A stretch of DNA of 64,000 bases from the human T2T-CHM13v2.0 reference genome, Homo sapiens (GCF_009914755.1 NC_060941.1), one strand, 5' to 3'; shown: positions 34,277 through 51,886, counted from the first letter of the stretch. Notes: generated by a model from the letters alone, not told the origin. A program made the numbers and translations.

Positions 34277-35852
34277 CTGGAGAAGGGAAAGGAAACACAT
34301 GCAAAATCAAGAATATGCCAATATCAATGTATTAATCTGATGGAAAACAACTGATACTCATATTTTCTAAATCAAAACCTTAAATAATGTTTCACTAACT
34401 GGAATTACACATTTATTTTTTAGAGACAGGGTCGCTGAGGCTGGAGTACAGTAGCACGATCAGCTCACTGCAGCCTCCACCTTTCAGGCTCAAGTGATCC
34501 TCTTGCTTCAGCCTCCCAAAGCTCTGGGATTACAAGTGTGAGCTGCACATCAGCCTATTGCCTATTTTAAAAGGCAGTTTTACTTATGCAATAATAGAAA
34601 TTCCTAAGTGCTCTCTTATATATGCAAGTCTTGCTAAAATGTGAAGGCATTATAACATAACTAAAGAAAGAATACAGTCAAACACAAAAACCCACTGATT
34701 ATCACAGCCACTCTGTCATTGAGAACAATCCCTCAGGAATCAGTTCTGATTTTAAAATGGTTAAGGTTACATCAATCTACAAAACTGTCCTAAAGACTTA
34801 AACTACAGAGAAAGAACTCTTTTGTTGTTTTTTGGGAAACACCATTTTTTTTTGAGATGGCGTCTCACTCCGTCACCCAGGCTGGAGTGCAGTGACGCAA
34901 TCTCGGCTCACTGCAACCTCCGCCTCCCAAGTTTAAGCAATTGTCCTGCCTCAGCCTCCTGAGTAGCCGGGACTACAGGTGCACCACTACACCCAGCTAA
35001 TTATTTTGTATTTTTAGTAGAGACAGGGTTTCACCATATTGGCCAGGATGGTCTCGATCTCTTGACCTCATGATCTGCCACCTTGGCCTCCCAAAGTGCT
35101 GGGATTACAGGCGTGAGCCACTGCACCCAGCCCAGGGAAACACTATTTTTAAAGAGACAAACTCTAGGAATAGAACAACTGGGAAGAATATATTAAAGGA
35201 CAACCATAATCTAGTAATCAGCCATACTTTAGAAACAGAAGACATATGATTTCCCTGCAGAAACAAATTAGAAAGGAAGAAGCTTCTACAGTGATTAAAA
35301 CACTGGTTGAATTGTCAACAGATGTAAGAATACCACAATGTAAGATGTAAGAACACCACAATGCATCTCTGCTGCTTTCCCCTTACAGAGATTCAATACA
35401 AACATTTACAACAAATATTGAGTTTTGGCTAGGCATGGTGGCTCATGCCTGTAATCCCAGCACTGTGGGAGGCTGAGGCGGGCAGATCACTTGAGGTCAG
35501 GAGTTCGAGACCAGCCTGGCCAACATGGTGAAACCCCATCTCTACTAAAAACACAAAAATTAGCTGGGCGTGGTGGCGGGCACCTGTAATCCCAGCTACT
35601 CAGGAGGCTGGGGCAGGAGAATCACTTTAACCCGGGAGGCAGAGGTTGCAGTTAGCTAAGATTGCACCACTGCACTCCAGCCTGGGCAACACAACGACAC
35701 TCCTTCCCCCCGCCCCCCAAAAAAATCAAAAGCCCGGGCACGGTGGCTCAGGCCTGTAATCCCAGCAATTTGGGAGGCCGAGGCGGGTGGATCACCTGAG
35801 GTCAGGAGTTCAAGACCAGCCTGACCAACATGGTGAAACCCTGTATCTACTA

Positions 35853-36011
<159 letters not shown>

Positions 36012-36042
36012 TCAAAGAGACAAAAATAAAATAAAATAAAAT

Positions 36043-36093
36043 AATATATATATACACATATATATGTGTGTATATGTATACGTATATATATAC

Positions 36094-36129
<36 letters not shown>

Positions 36130-36147
36130 GGAGAGAGAGAAAGAGAG
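36043..36147. repeat. (TA)n/(GA)n microsatellite after an Alu tail
   Basis: Direct reading. Confidence 0.9.
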
Positions 36148-38599
36148 TTTCTACTATATTCAAGGCACTGTTCTGGGCACTGCATATAGTGATGATGTAA
36201 AAAAAAAAAAAAAACACCACAACCGCAGCACCACGTTCCATGAATTACCAATAAATAGGCAAAATAGAGTAATCTGACCAGCTGGAACTTCAGCTGAGAA
36301 TGAGAGAAAACAGAACATTTGTGAAGCTAATGCATAAGCAGTTAAAAAAGCTTAAAAATGTCTGAAGTTGTCTTTTAAAGATATCTAAAGTTGTCTTTAA
36401 AGACGACCTTAATGAAGTGCAAGTAAATATAAAAGCCATCAAAAAGTCACAAAATCCATGTTTTTTTTGAGACAGGATCTTGCTAAGTCACCCAGGCTGG
36501 AGTGCTGTGGTGCCATCTCCGCTCACTGTAAATTCCAGCTTCCAGGCTCAAGCAATTCTTGCCTCTAGGCCTCCTGAGTAGCTGACACTACAAGTGCCTG
36601 CCACTACATCTGGCTAATTTTTGTATTTTTAGTAGAGATGGGGTTTCACCATATTGCTCAGGCTGGTCTCAAACTCCTGGGCTTGAGTGATCTGCTCACC
36701 TCAGCCTCCAAAGTGCTGGGATTACAGGTGTAAGCCAATGAGCCCGGCCTAAAATCCACTTTCAAAAGACAATTAAAACTGGGCTGGGCTTGGTGGCTCA
36801 CGCCTGTAATCCCAGCACTTGGGGAGGCCAAGGCAGGAAGATGCCTTGAGGACAGGAGTTTGAGACCATACTGGGCAATAGAGCAAGACTCTGTCTCTCC
36901 AAAAAATTTTTCTTAAAAAAATTAGCTGGGCATGGTGGCATGCACCTGCAGTCCTAGCCACTGAAAATATTGAGGCAGAAGGACCACTTGAGCCCAGGAG
37001 CTGGAGTGAGCTATCATCGCACCACTGCACTCCAGCCTGGGTGACAGAGAAAAACCTTGTCGAAAAAGAGAAAAGAGGGGAAAAAAGACCATTAAACTGA
37101 AAAAGGCCAAGAACCTACACTGACATCTTTAAAGTACTTATTTCTTCTTTTTAAGTAATGCAAATACATATGTGAAAATCAAGATAAAAAAAATTACGCA
37201 GGTGATTCTCTGATTTGCAAAAGTATTCAAAATAGGATTCAAGTCATGTTAATGGACTTAAATATCATTTCATTTATTGAAACTGTGATCACATGAAACT
37301 TTCAGAAACACTGAATAAAAAATGGTACATTTATTTCCAAACCAAAGCTTAATTTTTGCAAATTTCTCCTGAAAATGAGTCTTTAGGTGGCATAGAAACA
37401 ATTATTACTTTCAGCATCGTTTAGATATTTTTCTAAGCAACTCTAACATATGATATATGCTACCTCTCAGAAAACATTAACTGAAAACATTGAGCACATT
37501 ACTTAATCCCTAGAGAGTTTTTAAGGTTTAAAAAAAAAGGAAAAACTTTCTACCCAAAATAGAGTTCAAATTATCCAGTACTACAAAAACCTACTATATT
37601 CTTGCCATGGCCTTTTTAGTGACCTATACAACAACCAAATTAATTTGATTTTTTTCTTCCTTTATTTATTTTTTAAAACAGGGTCTCACCATCGCCCAGG
37701 CTGGAGTGCAGTGGCATAACCACGGCTCACTGCAGCCTCAACCTCCTGGGCTCAAGTAATCCTCCCATCTCAGCTTCCTAAGAAGCTGGGACTACAGGTG
37801 CACACCACCACATGTGGCTAATTCTTGTTATTTTTTGTAGAGACGGGATTTCACCATGTTGCCCGCCCAGTTTGTTCTTGAACTTCTGAGCTCAAGCAAT
37901 TTGCCCACTTTGGCCCCACAAGGTGCTGGGATTACAGACATGAGCCATGGTGCCTGGCCAATTTGATTTTCAAATACAGATGTTTTCTAAGGCACACAAG
38001 TTTAATTATGACCTAAACGAATTTCCATCTGATACTTTCCATCTAGGATAAAATAGTTCAATTTTAATCATATAACTAAATATATTAATAAACAGGAACA
38101 AAGGTGGGGCAAAAGGCTTTAGTGAAAGTGTTGTTAAATCAGAATGTTAGGCCTGGGAAGGATATCTCATCCAGGGATAACATGATATCCTCAAGCCCTT
38201 AGAAGAGATAATAAAGAGAATTCATGAGTTACTTTCAATTAAAAAAAAAAAAACCTAAAGAAAATCATACTTTTACATGAGATACAACTGTTTTAGCTAA
38301 AATTATACTGACTCACTAAAGATTGCCTCAAGCTAACCACCATGCTAAGATCAATTTGTTTTTTCAAATGGGAAAGCCAAATTAATAAATACAATTTTGG
38401 GGTAAAATAGTCTAAAACATGGGGCTGAGGAGATACGGAAAAAAACAGTTAAGTCTTTAGTTTAAAGAAAAAAAAAAGGCCAGGCATGGTGGCTCACGGC
38501 TGTAATCCCAGCACTGTGGGAGGCCAAGGCAGGCAGACTACTTGAGGTCAGGAGGTCGAGATCAGCCTGGCCAACATGGCAAAACCTCGTCTGCATTTA

Positions 38600-38806
<207 letters not shown>

Positions 38807-39511
38807 TTATGTTTATATCCATATCTGACACAGTATGTAGGCCAGAATGGCATTTAGTTAAAAAGCATTTGTTGACTCAGAGAATGAACATGTTCGTAGC
38901 GGGTCTGAAACTTGTTCAACTGTAAATACTTAGTCATCATGATGCGCGCCGCTTAACATCACAAGATACTAATGATTTAACTCTCATAATCAAGGAATTA
39001 TTTTATCAAGTAGAACATATCACTATATTAGAAAGGTCTCCATATATCAAAAAATATGTAAACTTTTATAATGAAATATTTGAGTTTTACATTACTGGTC
39101 ATTAGAGCCTTAAGGCTTGTTCAATTTCATTTCTTGTTATCACTCAGTAGTCAAGGAGAAGGAAGCATCAAATGTTTAAGAAAAAAATACTAAAGAACTT
39201 ACATTCAACATATATCGACAAACTTTTAAAAAACTGAATTGGAAAGTTGCCATAACCAGTTTCAGTGAAGGAAAACCTCAAGTCAGCCCCCATAATAATG
39301 GTGTTTTCCAGGAAATTAGGTTTAGGGTAAGTGGTCTGTTAGAAATTCTGAAAACATTTTTCCTCTTTTTAAAAAACAGGTCACAGTAAAAATTAATGGC
39401 TTCCTTCAAGTACCCAGTACACTCCTATATACATGTAGGTAGACCAAAAATTACCAGTGAGCTCCAATCTATGTGAGTATTTCTTTTTCTTTTTTTTTTT
39501 TCCCCCCCTAA

Positions 39512-39655
<144 letters not shown>

Positions 39656-39658
39656 TAA

Positions 39659-39796
<138 letters not shown>

Positions 39797-41921
39797 TGAG
39801 TATTTCTTGATTAATGAATTCCAAAAGAAAAAATATACTTGTAAAGAGTGGCAACATGAAACTCAGGGGATCTGAATTACAGTTCTGTCACTAATGGGGC
39901 ATGTGACCCATTATTAGCTATTAATTTCTTTTTATTTTTAGAGACAGAATCTCACCCTGTTGCCTAGGCAGGACGGAATGCAGTGAAGTCATCATAGTTT
40001 ACTGTAACACTGAACTCCTGGGCTCAAGTGATCCTCCCACCTCAGCCTCCTAAGTAGCTAGGACTACAGGCACTCACCACCATGTGTGGCTAATTAAAAA
40101 AAAAAAAATTTTTTTTTGTAGAGATGGTGTCTCACTATGTTGCCCAGGCTGGTTTCAAACTCCTAGCCTCGAGTTATCCTTCTGCCTCAACCTCACAAAG
40201 TGCTGGGATTACAGGTGTGAGTCACCATGCCGCCTATATTAGTTTCGTGATCCAAAAATAGAGGAGTTAAAGGCCAGGCGCAGTGGCTCACGCCTGTAAT
40301 CCCAGCACTTTGGGAGGCCGAGGCGGGCAGATCACGAGGTCAGCAGATCGAGACCATCCTGGCTAACACGGCGAAACCCAGTCTCTACTAAAAACACAAA
40401 AAATTAGCCAGGCGTGTGGCAGGCGCCTGTAGTCCCAGCTACTCGGGAGGCTGACACAGGAGAATGGTGTGAACCCGGGAGGTGGAGCTTGCAGTGAAGC
40501 CGAGTTCACACCACTGCACTCCAGCCTGGGCGACAGAGTGAGACTCTGTCTTAAAAATAAAGGAGTTAGACAAATCTATAAGGTTCACTTCACAATTCTA
40601 AAGTTTGAAGAGTGGAAAATATTTGAGTAGAAAATATCTGGGGGGATTATGTAGACAGCAGCCAGTCTTGTGATACTATAATAAGCCAACAATCAAATGC
40701 CTTCTTAAACTTACTATTGTTTTTCCATAGCTACACTGAAAATTTTACTATTCCAGGATCACTCCATTACCCCAAAACTTTCCAGCCTCATTTAACTTTC
40801 CACTGCAACTCCTCCATTTCATCTATTTTTTTTTCCTTAAAGACTGAGTCTCACTCTGTCACCCAGGCTGGAGCACAGTGTCACAATCTTGGCTCACTGC
40901 AACCTCCGCCTCGCAGGTTCAAGTGACTCTCCTGCCTCAGTCTCCTGAGTAGCTGGGATTACAGGCATGCATCACCATGCCCAGCTAATTTCTTTGTGTT
41001 TTAGTAGAGATGGGGTTTCACCATGTTGGCCAAGCTGGTCTCGAACTCCTGACCTCAAGTGATCTGCCCGCCTTGGCCTCCCAAAGTGCTGGGATTACAG
41101 GTGTGATCCACCGCACCTGGCCTCCATTTCATGTTTAATAAAAAAAAATTTTTTTTTTTTTAAGACAGTCTCACTCTGTTGCCCAAGCTGGAGTACAGTG
41201 GCACACTCTTGGCTCACTGCAACCTCTACCTCCTGGGTTCAAGCAATTCTCCTGCCTCAGTCAGCCTCCTGAATAGCTGGGACTACAGGCACGTGCCACC
41301 ATGCCTGGCTAATTTTTGTATTTTTAGTAGAGACAGGGTTTCACTATATTGGCCAGGCTGGTCTTGAATTCCTGACCTCGTGATCTGCCCGCCTCAGCCT
41401 CCCAAAGTGCTGGGATTACAGGTGTGAGCCACCGCACCCAGCCAATAAACTTCTTCCTATATTTTTCTAGGCAATCCCTAAAAAAGACTGGGCTGCAAAG
41501 CTTAGCTCTCCAATAAGAGATAATAGCTAGACACTTGTGTGACTTTTGGCAAGCAGAGCCTGAGTCTCAGCAGCCTCCTCTGCAAAATGAAAATATTATC
41601 ACCACCTTTTTTTTTTTTTTTTTAAGACAGGTTCTAGCTCTATGGCTCAGGCTGGAGATTAGAGTGCAGTCACACAATCATAGCTCACTTGCAGCCTCAA
41701 ACTCCTGGGCTCAAGCAATCCTCCTGCCTTAACCTCCCAAGTAGCTAGGGCTACAGGCATAAGCCATCACACCACACCTACCCCATCCCCCTTTTTAGGA
41801 CTGGCATACAGACCAAAAGAGACAACAAATGGAAGATATTTTGTAAACTTTAAATCACTATGCAGAACGCTCAAGGGTTCAGAAAATAAAGAAATTAGTC
41901 TTCCTTTTATTTCCAAATTAG

Positions 41922-42134
<213 letters not shown>

Positions 42135-42476
42135 TGAAAGATACTCTAAAACAGAATCTGTGATAATTTCCAAATGTTTTACATACAATTTGATGGTAAT
42201 GAAACAACCCCATTTACAGATGGAGAAAATTATTATCTATGATCAATAATCAAAGTATTACAGGCTGGGTATGGTGGCTCACGCCTATAATCCCAGCACT
42301 TTGGGAGGCTGAGGCAGGATGACAGCTTGAGCCCTGGAGTTCCAGACCAATCTAGGCAACATAGGGAGACCCTGTCTCTATGAAAAAAATTTAAAAATTG
42401 GCCAGACATGGTGGCAAATGCCTATATTCCCAGCTACAGCTACACAGGATGCTGAGGTGGGAGGATCACGTGAGCC

Positions 42477-42585
42477 AAAAAAAAAAAAAAGGGGGGGGGG
42501 GGAAGAAGGAGGAAGAAGAAGAAGGAAGAAGAAGAGGAAGAGGAAGAAGAAGAGGAAGAGGAAGAAGAAGAAGAAGAAGAAGAAA
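42477..42585 (+). repeat. Poly-A, poly-G, interrupted (GAA)n purine tract
   Basis: Direct reading; all-purine run following a truncated Alu. Confidence 0.95.
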
Positions 42586-43067
42586 CAAACCACTATCACT
42601 ATATACCCTTTTGCTCACTTAAGAAGCTTCCTGGACACTCCACTCTCTTGCCTAAGTATCCTACTAACCCAGTGTCATTTTAATAAGGCAAACTAACCTA
42701 GGTCCAAAAGTCTATGAATACTAAGATAGGAAACAATGTAAATTAGGCTAAGGCTAAGACTATAAAAAAAAAAAAATAAACAGCACTATACTACTTTAGT
42801 GTAACCAATACATTTTGGATAAATTTAAAAAAAAAAACTGTCCACCCTATTTACTATAATGAAGGTAATTTTCTTAGAAGCCTGTTATTCATATGGTCCA
42901 AAAGAATGTTTTTCTAGCCCTGATCCATTCTATTTGCATTAAAAAATGGGGCAAGGGGATATTTAAAATATCATTTCCTGGGCTAGGCGTGGTGGCTCAC
43001 GCCTGTAATCCCAGCACTTTGGGAGGTTGAGGCGGGTGGATGACCTTAGGTTAGGAGTTCGAGACTA

Positions 43068-43303
<236 letters not shown>

Positions 43304-43473
43304 CTACCCCAGACCTGCTGATTTATGCTGGTCAGAATCGACATTAAATTTTTTGCTTGTTTTCTTTTTCAGTAGATACAAACTCTTGCTATGTGGCCCA
43401 GGCTGGTCTTGAACTCTGAACTCAAGCCATCCTCCCACCTCAGCCTCCCAAAGTGCTGGGGTTACAGGCGTGA

Positions 43474-43896
<423 letters not shown>

Positions 43897-45947
43897 TAGT
43901 AAAGGTAGCTCCTATCCTTAGCAGTTTCACCTCAGATAAACATTTAAGTTTCTCAATCTTTTAAGTGGCATTATGTCTTATTCTATATACTGGAGAGAGA
44001 AATATATAGGTATATAAAACATATAGCCATATTTAATTCCTGACACCCCCAAATCTTGTAAAAATATGGCTATATGGAGGGTATAGCAAGGTCACAGTGC
44101 TTACTAGTTGCAGAGTTAGAATTGAACCCAGGTGAAATTTCAGATGAGCTCACAAAGTAGTAACTTGCGGTTCAAATACAGCCTGGTATGTTTTGTTTAA
44201 TTTCATTATTTTAGACTTCAAGCCAACATTTATCAATTAGAACATTTCACAGAAAAGGAATCTGAATTCCTGGCTGCTTTTAACAATTTTAGAAGATCCA
44301 GCAACACTGAGATTATAATCTTAGGTGGCAACAATTACCTTCTCTAAACACAGCAAAACTCACACCACTTGCTATTGTCTCACACTCACTCAATTTCAAC
44401 AACGTATGCTATCATCGGGCCCCAACTCCTACTTCAGGTCTACATTCTTTGCTCCCTCCTTTTGAACCAAATGGGATTTACAAGAAAACCAAGTGGGATT
44501 TCTATCTACTGGTTTGGGAAGATTTAGTGAGAAAGGAAATACTGGATTTAAAACTAATAAACTACATTTGAAATACTACATAAAAATATATTACACTTTG
44601 TTCTCTTTTCCGAGTGTTTTAAGTGCCATTGTTTTGAATTTTGGTGGTAAATTTTAAATGAACTTTTGAAAGATTTTAATAAAATATGTTTATTATAAAA
44701 CACTTTTTACTTTATGTTCTTATCATTTTCAGATTTCATTCCACTTTAAAATACCAACGCTTCTCATGGAAGAATAAAGAGATTCCACTAACTCACAGAC
44801 ACCTGTACTCCATGTATCTATCAGCAAGTATAGATGCACAGATAGAAAATAGTTGGTTGCTTCTTTATTCTCACAATCTGAGACTTTTCACTTGTTAATT
44901 ATTATAAAAAATTTGAAATTATAACTTAAATTGCTCAATTCTCTATTAAGCTTCCACTGTACCTTTAACTTCACAATTAAAACAATCATTATACTGTATT
45001 AAATTTGTTACATTATTTGTTTCCCTATTAGAAATAAACCTCTGGAGGGCAGAGGTTCTATCTTATTCACTCTTAAAGACTTAGTACAGATCTGGCACAT
45101 TCTTTTTCTCTTTTTCTTTGGAGACAGAGTCTTACTCTGTCACCCAGGCGGCTCACTGTAACCTCCGCCTCCTGAGTTCAAGCTATTCTCATGCCTCAGC
45201 CTTCCAAGTAGCTGGGATTACAGGCGTGCACCAACATGCCTGGCTAATTTTTGTATATTTTGGTAGAGAGGGTTTCGCCATGTTGGCCAGGCTGGTCTTG
45301 AACTCCTAGCCTCAAGTGATCCACCTGCCTCGTCCTCCCATAGAGCTGTGATTACAGTCGTGAGCCACCACACCCAACCCAGATCTGGCACCTTTTAAGC
45401 ATGCAATAAACATATGCAGAATACAAAACAAGAAAAACAGCAACAGAGAATACATAAATGCACAGTAATTACTATCCTTTAGGAATTTACAGTCTACTGA
45501 ATTAGGTAAAAGAGACACATCAACAAAAATTATACAAGATTGAATATTTAAAATGCCACAGGAGAGAAACAGAAAGTAGAAGTCAGGGAGGAAATTATAG
45601 TATGAGACATAAGTTACAGTATTTTCTTTTTCCCTGGACACCAATTTCCATCCCTAAATATTTGGCAAAAGTTCTTACCACTCAACTTTAGCCTTAAGTT
45701 TCTAGTGAATTTATACTCATCATGAAGAATATATATGACCACTTCAAGTGCCCTACGAGAATATATCACATTCAGAATTATCTCCACTTTTTCTGGCCTG
45801 AATAACTACTGTATATTTCAATTCGGTGGCACTGGTATTTCTCACCACCATCATATCTCTCCAGGATAGGGAAGTAAGCTAGCACCTACAGTTTAGGTAC
45901 ATTACAGCATATTGGTTAAAAGCATAGGTTTTGGCACCAAGATTCTA

Positions 45948-46351
<404 letters not shown>

Positions 46352-46799
46352 CTACCTCAAAGAGGATTTAAGTTAGAAAATCCATGTCCAAGCACTCAGT
46401 AAACACTTAATAAATGATGGCTATTATAAAAGATTAACACTAAATCTAGTGAATAGGGGCTTGCTAGTCAAACATGTGCATAAACTGACTATATATTGTC
46501 TTCATAGTTGACCTGTTTTATCAGCCTTCATAGTTATTCCTTCCTTTCCATTTCCACTATTACTCTTTCAAGTCCTTATCTATACTCATACCCAGACAAC
46601 TTTCTAAATGGTTTTCCATCTCCATCCTCAGACATTCTTTGAGCAGACTATTATTTTATTTCCATCACCAATGCCTGGCTGGGATAATGAAAAGAGATTT
46701 CGATGGCAAATCAAAGAATTTGGGTTTGGGTTTCAGCCCTATCATTAAAACATTTTGGAACCCTAAAAATAAATTTCTCAACTGTATAGTGAGTTTTAA

Positions 46800-47001
<202 letters not shown>

Positions 47002-47219
47002 TAGAGATGGGGTTTTGCCATGTTGCCCAGGCTGGTCTCGAACTCCTGAGCTCAAGCATCCACCCACATTGGCCTGCCAAAGTGCAAGGATTACAGGCGT
47101 GAGCCACCACACCCGGCCTTCAGTATCTCTTCTGGCTGTAAGTCTATACCTCTGCTCTGATCAAGGTGTCTTTGGCTTACAAAATACAATTCCAGATTGG
47201 AGGAGCATTAAGGCCTTCC

Positions 47220-47420
47220 ACATTCAGTGTGGCATGAGCTTTGGAGGCAGAAGGACTGAGATCTGAATCCTGATTCTATAGTTTACTGGTTGCTTACCCT
47301 TGGGCAACATATTGGACTTCTCTAAGACTCAGTTTCTTCCACAAAATGGGACAACAGTAATTCTCTCAGGGGCTTATTATAAGATTTAAATGAGATATTT
47401 GTTAAGTGCTTAGCATATAT
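47220..47420. mobile_element. MIR fragment
   Basis: ctttggaggcaga...tgaatcctgattcta...ccttgggcaa...cttctctaagactcagtttc...taaatgagat...aagtgcttagca. Confidence 0.65.
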
Positions 47421-47466
47421 GAGATTTGTGCCTATATTAATATTTCCCATTTCTCCCTTCTAGTTG

Positions 47467-47485
47467 TAGGTAGGTAGGTAGGTAG

Positions 47486-47519
<34 letters not shown>

Positions 47520-47526
47520 GCGCGCG
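47467..47526. repeat. (TAGG)n(GT)n microsatellite ending in gcgcgcg
   Basis: Direct reading. Confidence 0.9.
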
Positions 47527-49658
47527 TTTTGAGACATGCTCTCACTGTCATCCAGGCTGGAGTACACTCGCAATGACACGGCACCCTGCAGCCTCAACTT
47601 CATGGCCTCTCGTGATCCTCCCACCTAAACCACCAAGTAGCTGGGACTAAGGGTGCACATCACCATGCCAGGCTAATTTTTTATTTTTTATTTTTTGGTA
47701 GAGACAGGGTCTCACTATGTTGCCCAGGCTGGTCTCAAACTCCTGAGTTCAAGAGATGTTTCGACCTCAGCCTCCCAAAGTGTTGGGGATTACAGGCATG
47801 AGCCATCGTGCCCAGCCTAGTTACAGTTTTTAAACTATTCCTGGAGACCTAGAACTCTGCTTCAATCAAAACAACTGCTGGGTTGCCCCCTCTTTCATAT
47901 ACTGAAGTTTAACCTCAAAAAAAAAAAATTGAGGTGGTTTCTTCTGTTAAAAAACGCATAAAATCCACTACACCATGGACATAATCTGCTCCAATTAGCC
48001 ACACCTACTCTTTGTCAACTGCAATTACCTTGTATACATCAGTATCTCCTATCTTTGGTAATATCTATTCCTCCCTCCTCAGGACTTAGTGAAGTCACCC
48101 CTAGTTATTCTTCTTTTGAACACTTACAGCATTTTATTATTATTTAGAGAAAAGGTCTTGCTCTGTTGCCCAGGTTGGAGTGCAGTGGCACAATCATAGC
48201 TGTAACCTTCAAATCCTAGATTCAAACAATCCTCCCACCTCAGCCTCCCAAGTAGCTAGGAATATAAGTGTGCACTACCTTGCCTAATTTTTAGAAGGGG
48301 TCTCACTATGTCGCCCAGGCTGGACTTGAACTCCCAGGCTCAACTGATCCCTCTGCCTTAAACTTTTGAGTAGCTAGGACTACAGGCACATGCCACTGGA
48401 ACTGCAACTTCTTTTCTGATTGTTATTTTGCCATGACTTAACTCACATTTAAGGTCTTTTCATTTATCCTTTAAATGTGATGATCTCCGTACTGAGAAAC
48501 AAGTAGTCCCTTTCTATACAGCATGCAAGTTTATCATTCTCATTCAGTCTCCTCTCCTGCAATCCCTTTCATCTTTATATTTATTTTAATTTTTGTAGAG
48601 ACAGGGTATGTTCCCCAGGCTAGTCTTGAACTCCTGGCCTCAAGCAATCCTCCTGCTTTGGTCTCCCACAGTGCTGGGACTGCAGGGGTGAGCCACCACA
48701 TCCGGTCCTTTCCTTTTCTGTTTTATCCCTAAAACCTAACCTCTTACCTTAGACTGCCAATTCTGACTAATCTTGTTTATTACCTGGGCCTCTTCTCTAT
48801 AGTTTATATTTATTCCATTAAAAAGGTCAAAGGCTCTACAAGCTCTATATTTTATTTTATTAAATGTGGATTGTGAATAACTAAAATTATGGTTGCCTTT
48901 GGCAACTGTATGAAGACTCCAAGACCCATTTAATTAGCAGGAAACAGAGATTATAGCTACATGCTTCTTCAAATACACCAGCTCTGTGTATAACTAAGCT
49001 TTTCTGACAATCCATACCTTGATTTGTGATTTGGGGGAGCTACATATTTGCTATTCCCCCACCAACCTATTCCTATTTTCAGTATCAGCTTTTCCTAAGA
49101 AGGGAAAAGGTATAAATATTGATTTCAAAGTTAGGCTTATATTTGAATGGCAGACCCTCGGTAGCTGTATCATCTTTCCAAAACTTTCCATTTATAAAAT
49201 GAGTGGCCGGGCATGGTGGCTCACGCCTGTAATCCCAGCACTGTGGGAGGCCGAGGTGGGCAGATCACCTGAGTTCGGGAGTTCGAGACCAGCCTGACCA
49301 ACATGGAGAAACCCCATCTCTACTAAAAATACAAGATTAGCCAGGCGTGGTGGCACATGCCTGTAATCCCAGCTACTCGGGAGGCTGAGGCAGGAGAATC
49401 GCTTGAACCAGGAGGTAGAGGTTGCGGTGAGCCGAGATCGCGTCATTGCACTACAGCCTGGGCAACAAGAGTGAAACTCTATCTCAAAAAAAAAAAATTA
49501 AAAAAAATAAAATTAAATGAGCATATTAATATCTATTTCATTAAATGAGACCATGCAAAACATCCAGACTCTAGATCAATATTTGGCACATAATAAATAT
49601 TAAGCATTATTTCCTTTTTATAAAGGAAAACATGAATTGAAAAGGGAAAGTAAGATAG

Positions 49659-50047
<389 letters not shown>

Positions 50048-51605
50048 TAAGAAATCAGTAAAATATTTATAGTGATTGATTGAGACAGGTCTTGCTTATT
50101 TATTTATAGAGACAGGTCTAGCTATGTTGCCCAGGCTAAGGTGCAGGAAGTGCAGTGGCACATCACAGCTCACTATAACCTCCAACACTAGGTAGGGCTC
50201 AAGCGATTCTCTCGCCTCAGCCTCCCAAGTAGCTAGGACTACAGGCGTGTGCCATCACACCTGGTTAATTTTTCTATTTCTGTTAAGATGAGGTCTTGTT
50301 ATATTGTCTAGGTTGGTCTCAAATTCCTGGCCTCAAGCTACCCTCCTGCCTCAGCCTCCCAAAGTGTTGGGATTATAGGCATGAGCCACCACACCAGGCC
50401 AGAAGTGAGTGCAATATTAATTCATATTCTAATTTAACAATAAAGCCTAAATTGTAACATTACATGTTTCTATTCTATTCTTTTGAATTCAAATCTAGTT
50501 TTCAGCCTGTAATCCTAGCACTTTGTAAGCACAAGGTGGGAAGACTGCATGAGGCCAGGAGTTTGAGACCAGCCTGTACAACATAGAAAGACCTCATCTC
50601 CAATGGAAAAAAAAAAAGTCTAATTTTCCTTTAGTCATAAAATGTAGTCTAAACATATTTGAGACTTATGTAATGCAGGCCTTACCCTACATTGTATTCA
50701 CCATTTATTTCCTAACTGAAACAAGACTGGGAAGGAGGTATACATAAATAAAACCAAAGAAATACCCCCAACTCTACTCTGTTTTCATTCTGCCTTCTTT
50801 AGGTCTTTTCTCAAACAATTATATTTTTTGAATAGTAATACAAGTACAGAACAATTTTTTTTTTTTGAGACACAGTCTCGCTCTGTTGCCCAGGATGGAG
50901 TGCAGTGGCGCAATCTCGGCTCACTACAACCTCTACTGCTGGGTTCAAGTGATTCTCCTGTCTCAGCCTCCTGAGTAGCTGGGATTACAGGCACGCACCA
51001 CCACACCCAGCTAATTTTTATATTTTTAGTAGAGAAGGGGTTTCACCATGTTGGCCAGGCTGGTCTTGAACTCCTGACCTCAGGTGATCTGCCCGCCTCG
51101 GCCTCCCAAAGTGCTGGGATTACAGGTGTGACCCACCGCAACTGGCCCAAATTTTAAAAATATAGTAAAATGCAACTCAGTTTCCCTTCAGAGAGTCTAT
51201 CTTTAACAAAAATTTTATCTTTATGGTCAAGTAAATACAAACATAAATATACAGGCACACTCCTGTATGCCCACAGAATGTACCATTTTAATATTTCACA
51301 ATAATGCCTCAGTTTTACTATACAAGCTACAGAGAATGTTCATCTCTCTCAACATATTTTTTGGCTAATGATTTTATAAAGTAAAATTTTTACATTTATT
51401 TATTTCAATCCCAAAACTTAATACAATGTTCTTAAAACGATGTGTGAGATGTCTGGAGATACACTCCAAATAAAACAAGCAAAACTTTGAAAAAGCTGCT
51501 TCAGTATCAACAAACGGAATGTACATGTTATTACATAGGAAGCAACTGTGTGTTAACAATCATATTAATTATTTAGTAACCAGGAAGATGTGCTTAAGAA
51601 TTTTA

Positions 51606-51743
<138 letters not shown>

Positions 51744-51886
51744 CTAGTCTCTACAAGAAATTTCTTAAAAATTAGTCAGGCGTTCGCCGGGCGCAGTGGC
51801 TCATGCCTGTAATCCCAGCACTTTGGGAGGCCGAGGTGGGCAGATCACGAGGTCAGGAGATGGAGACCATCCTGGCTAACACGCTA

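Noticed and set aside
42378-42696. Lys/Arg-rich NLS-like ORFs
   Set aside because: Produced by the GAA/GAG purine microsatellite and an Alu.
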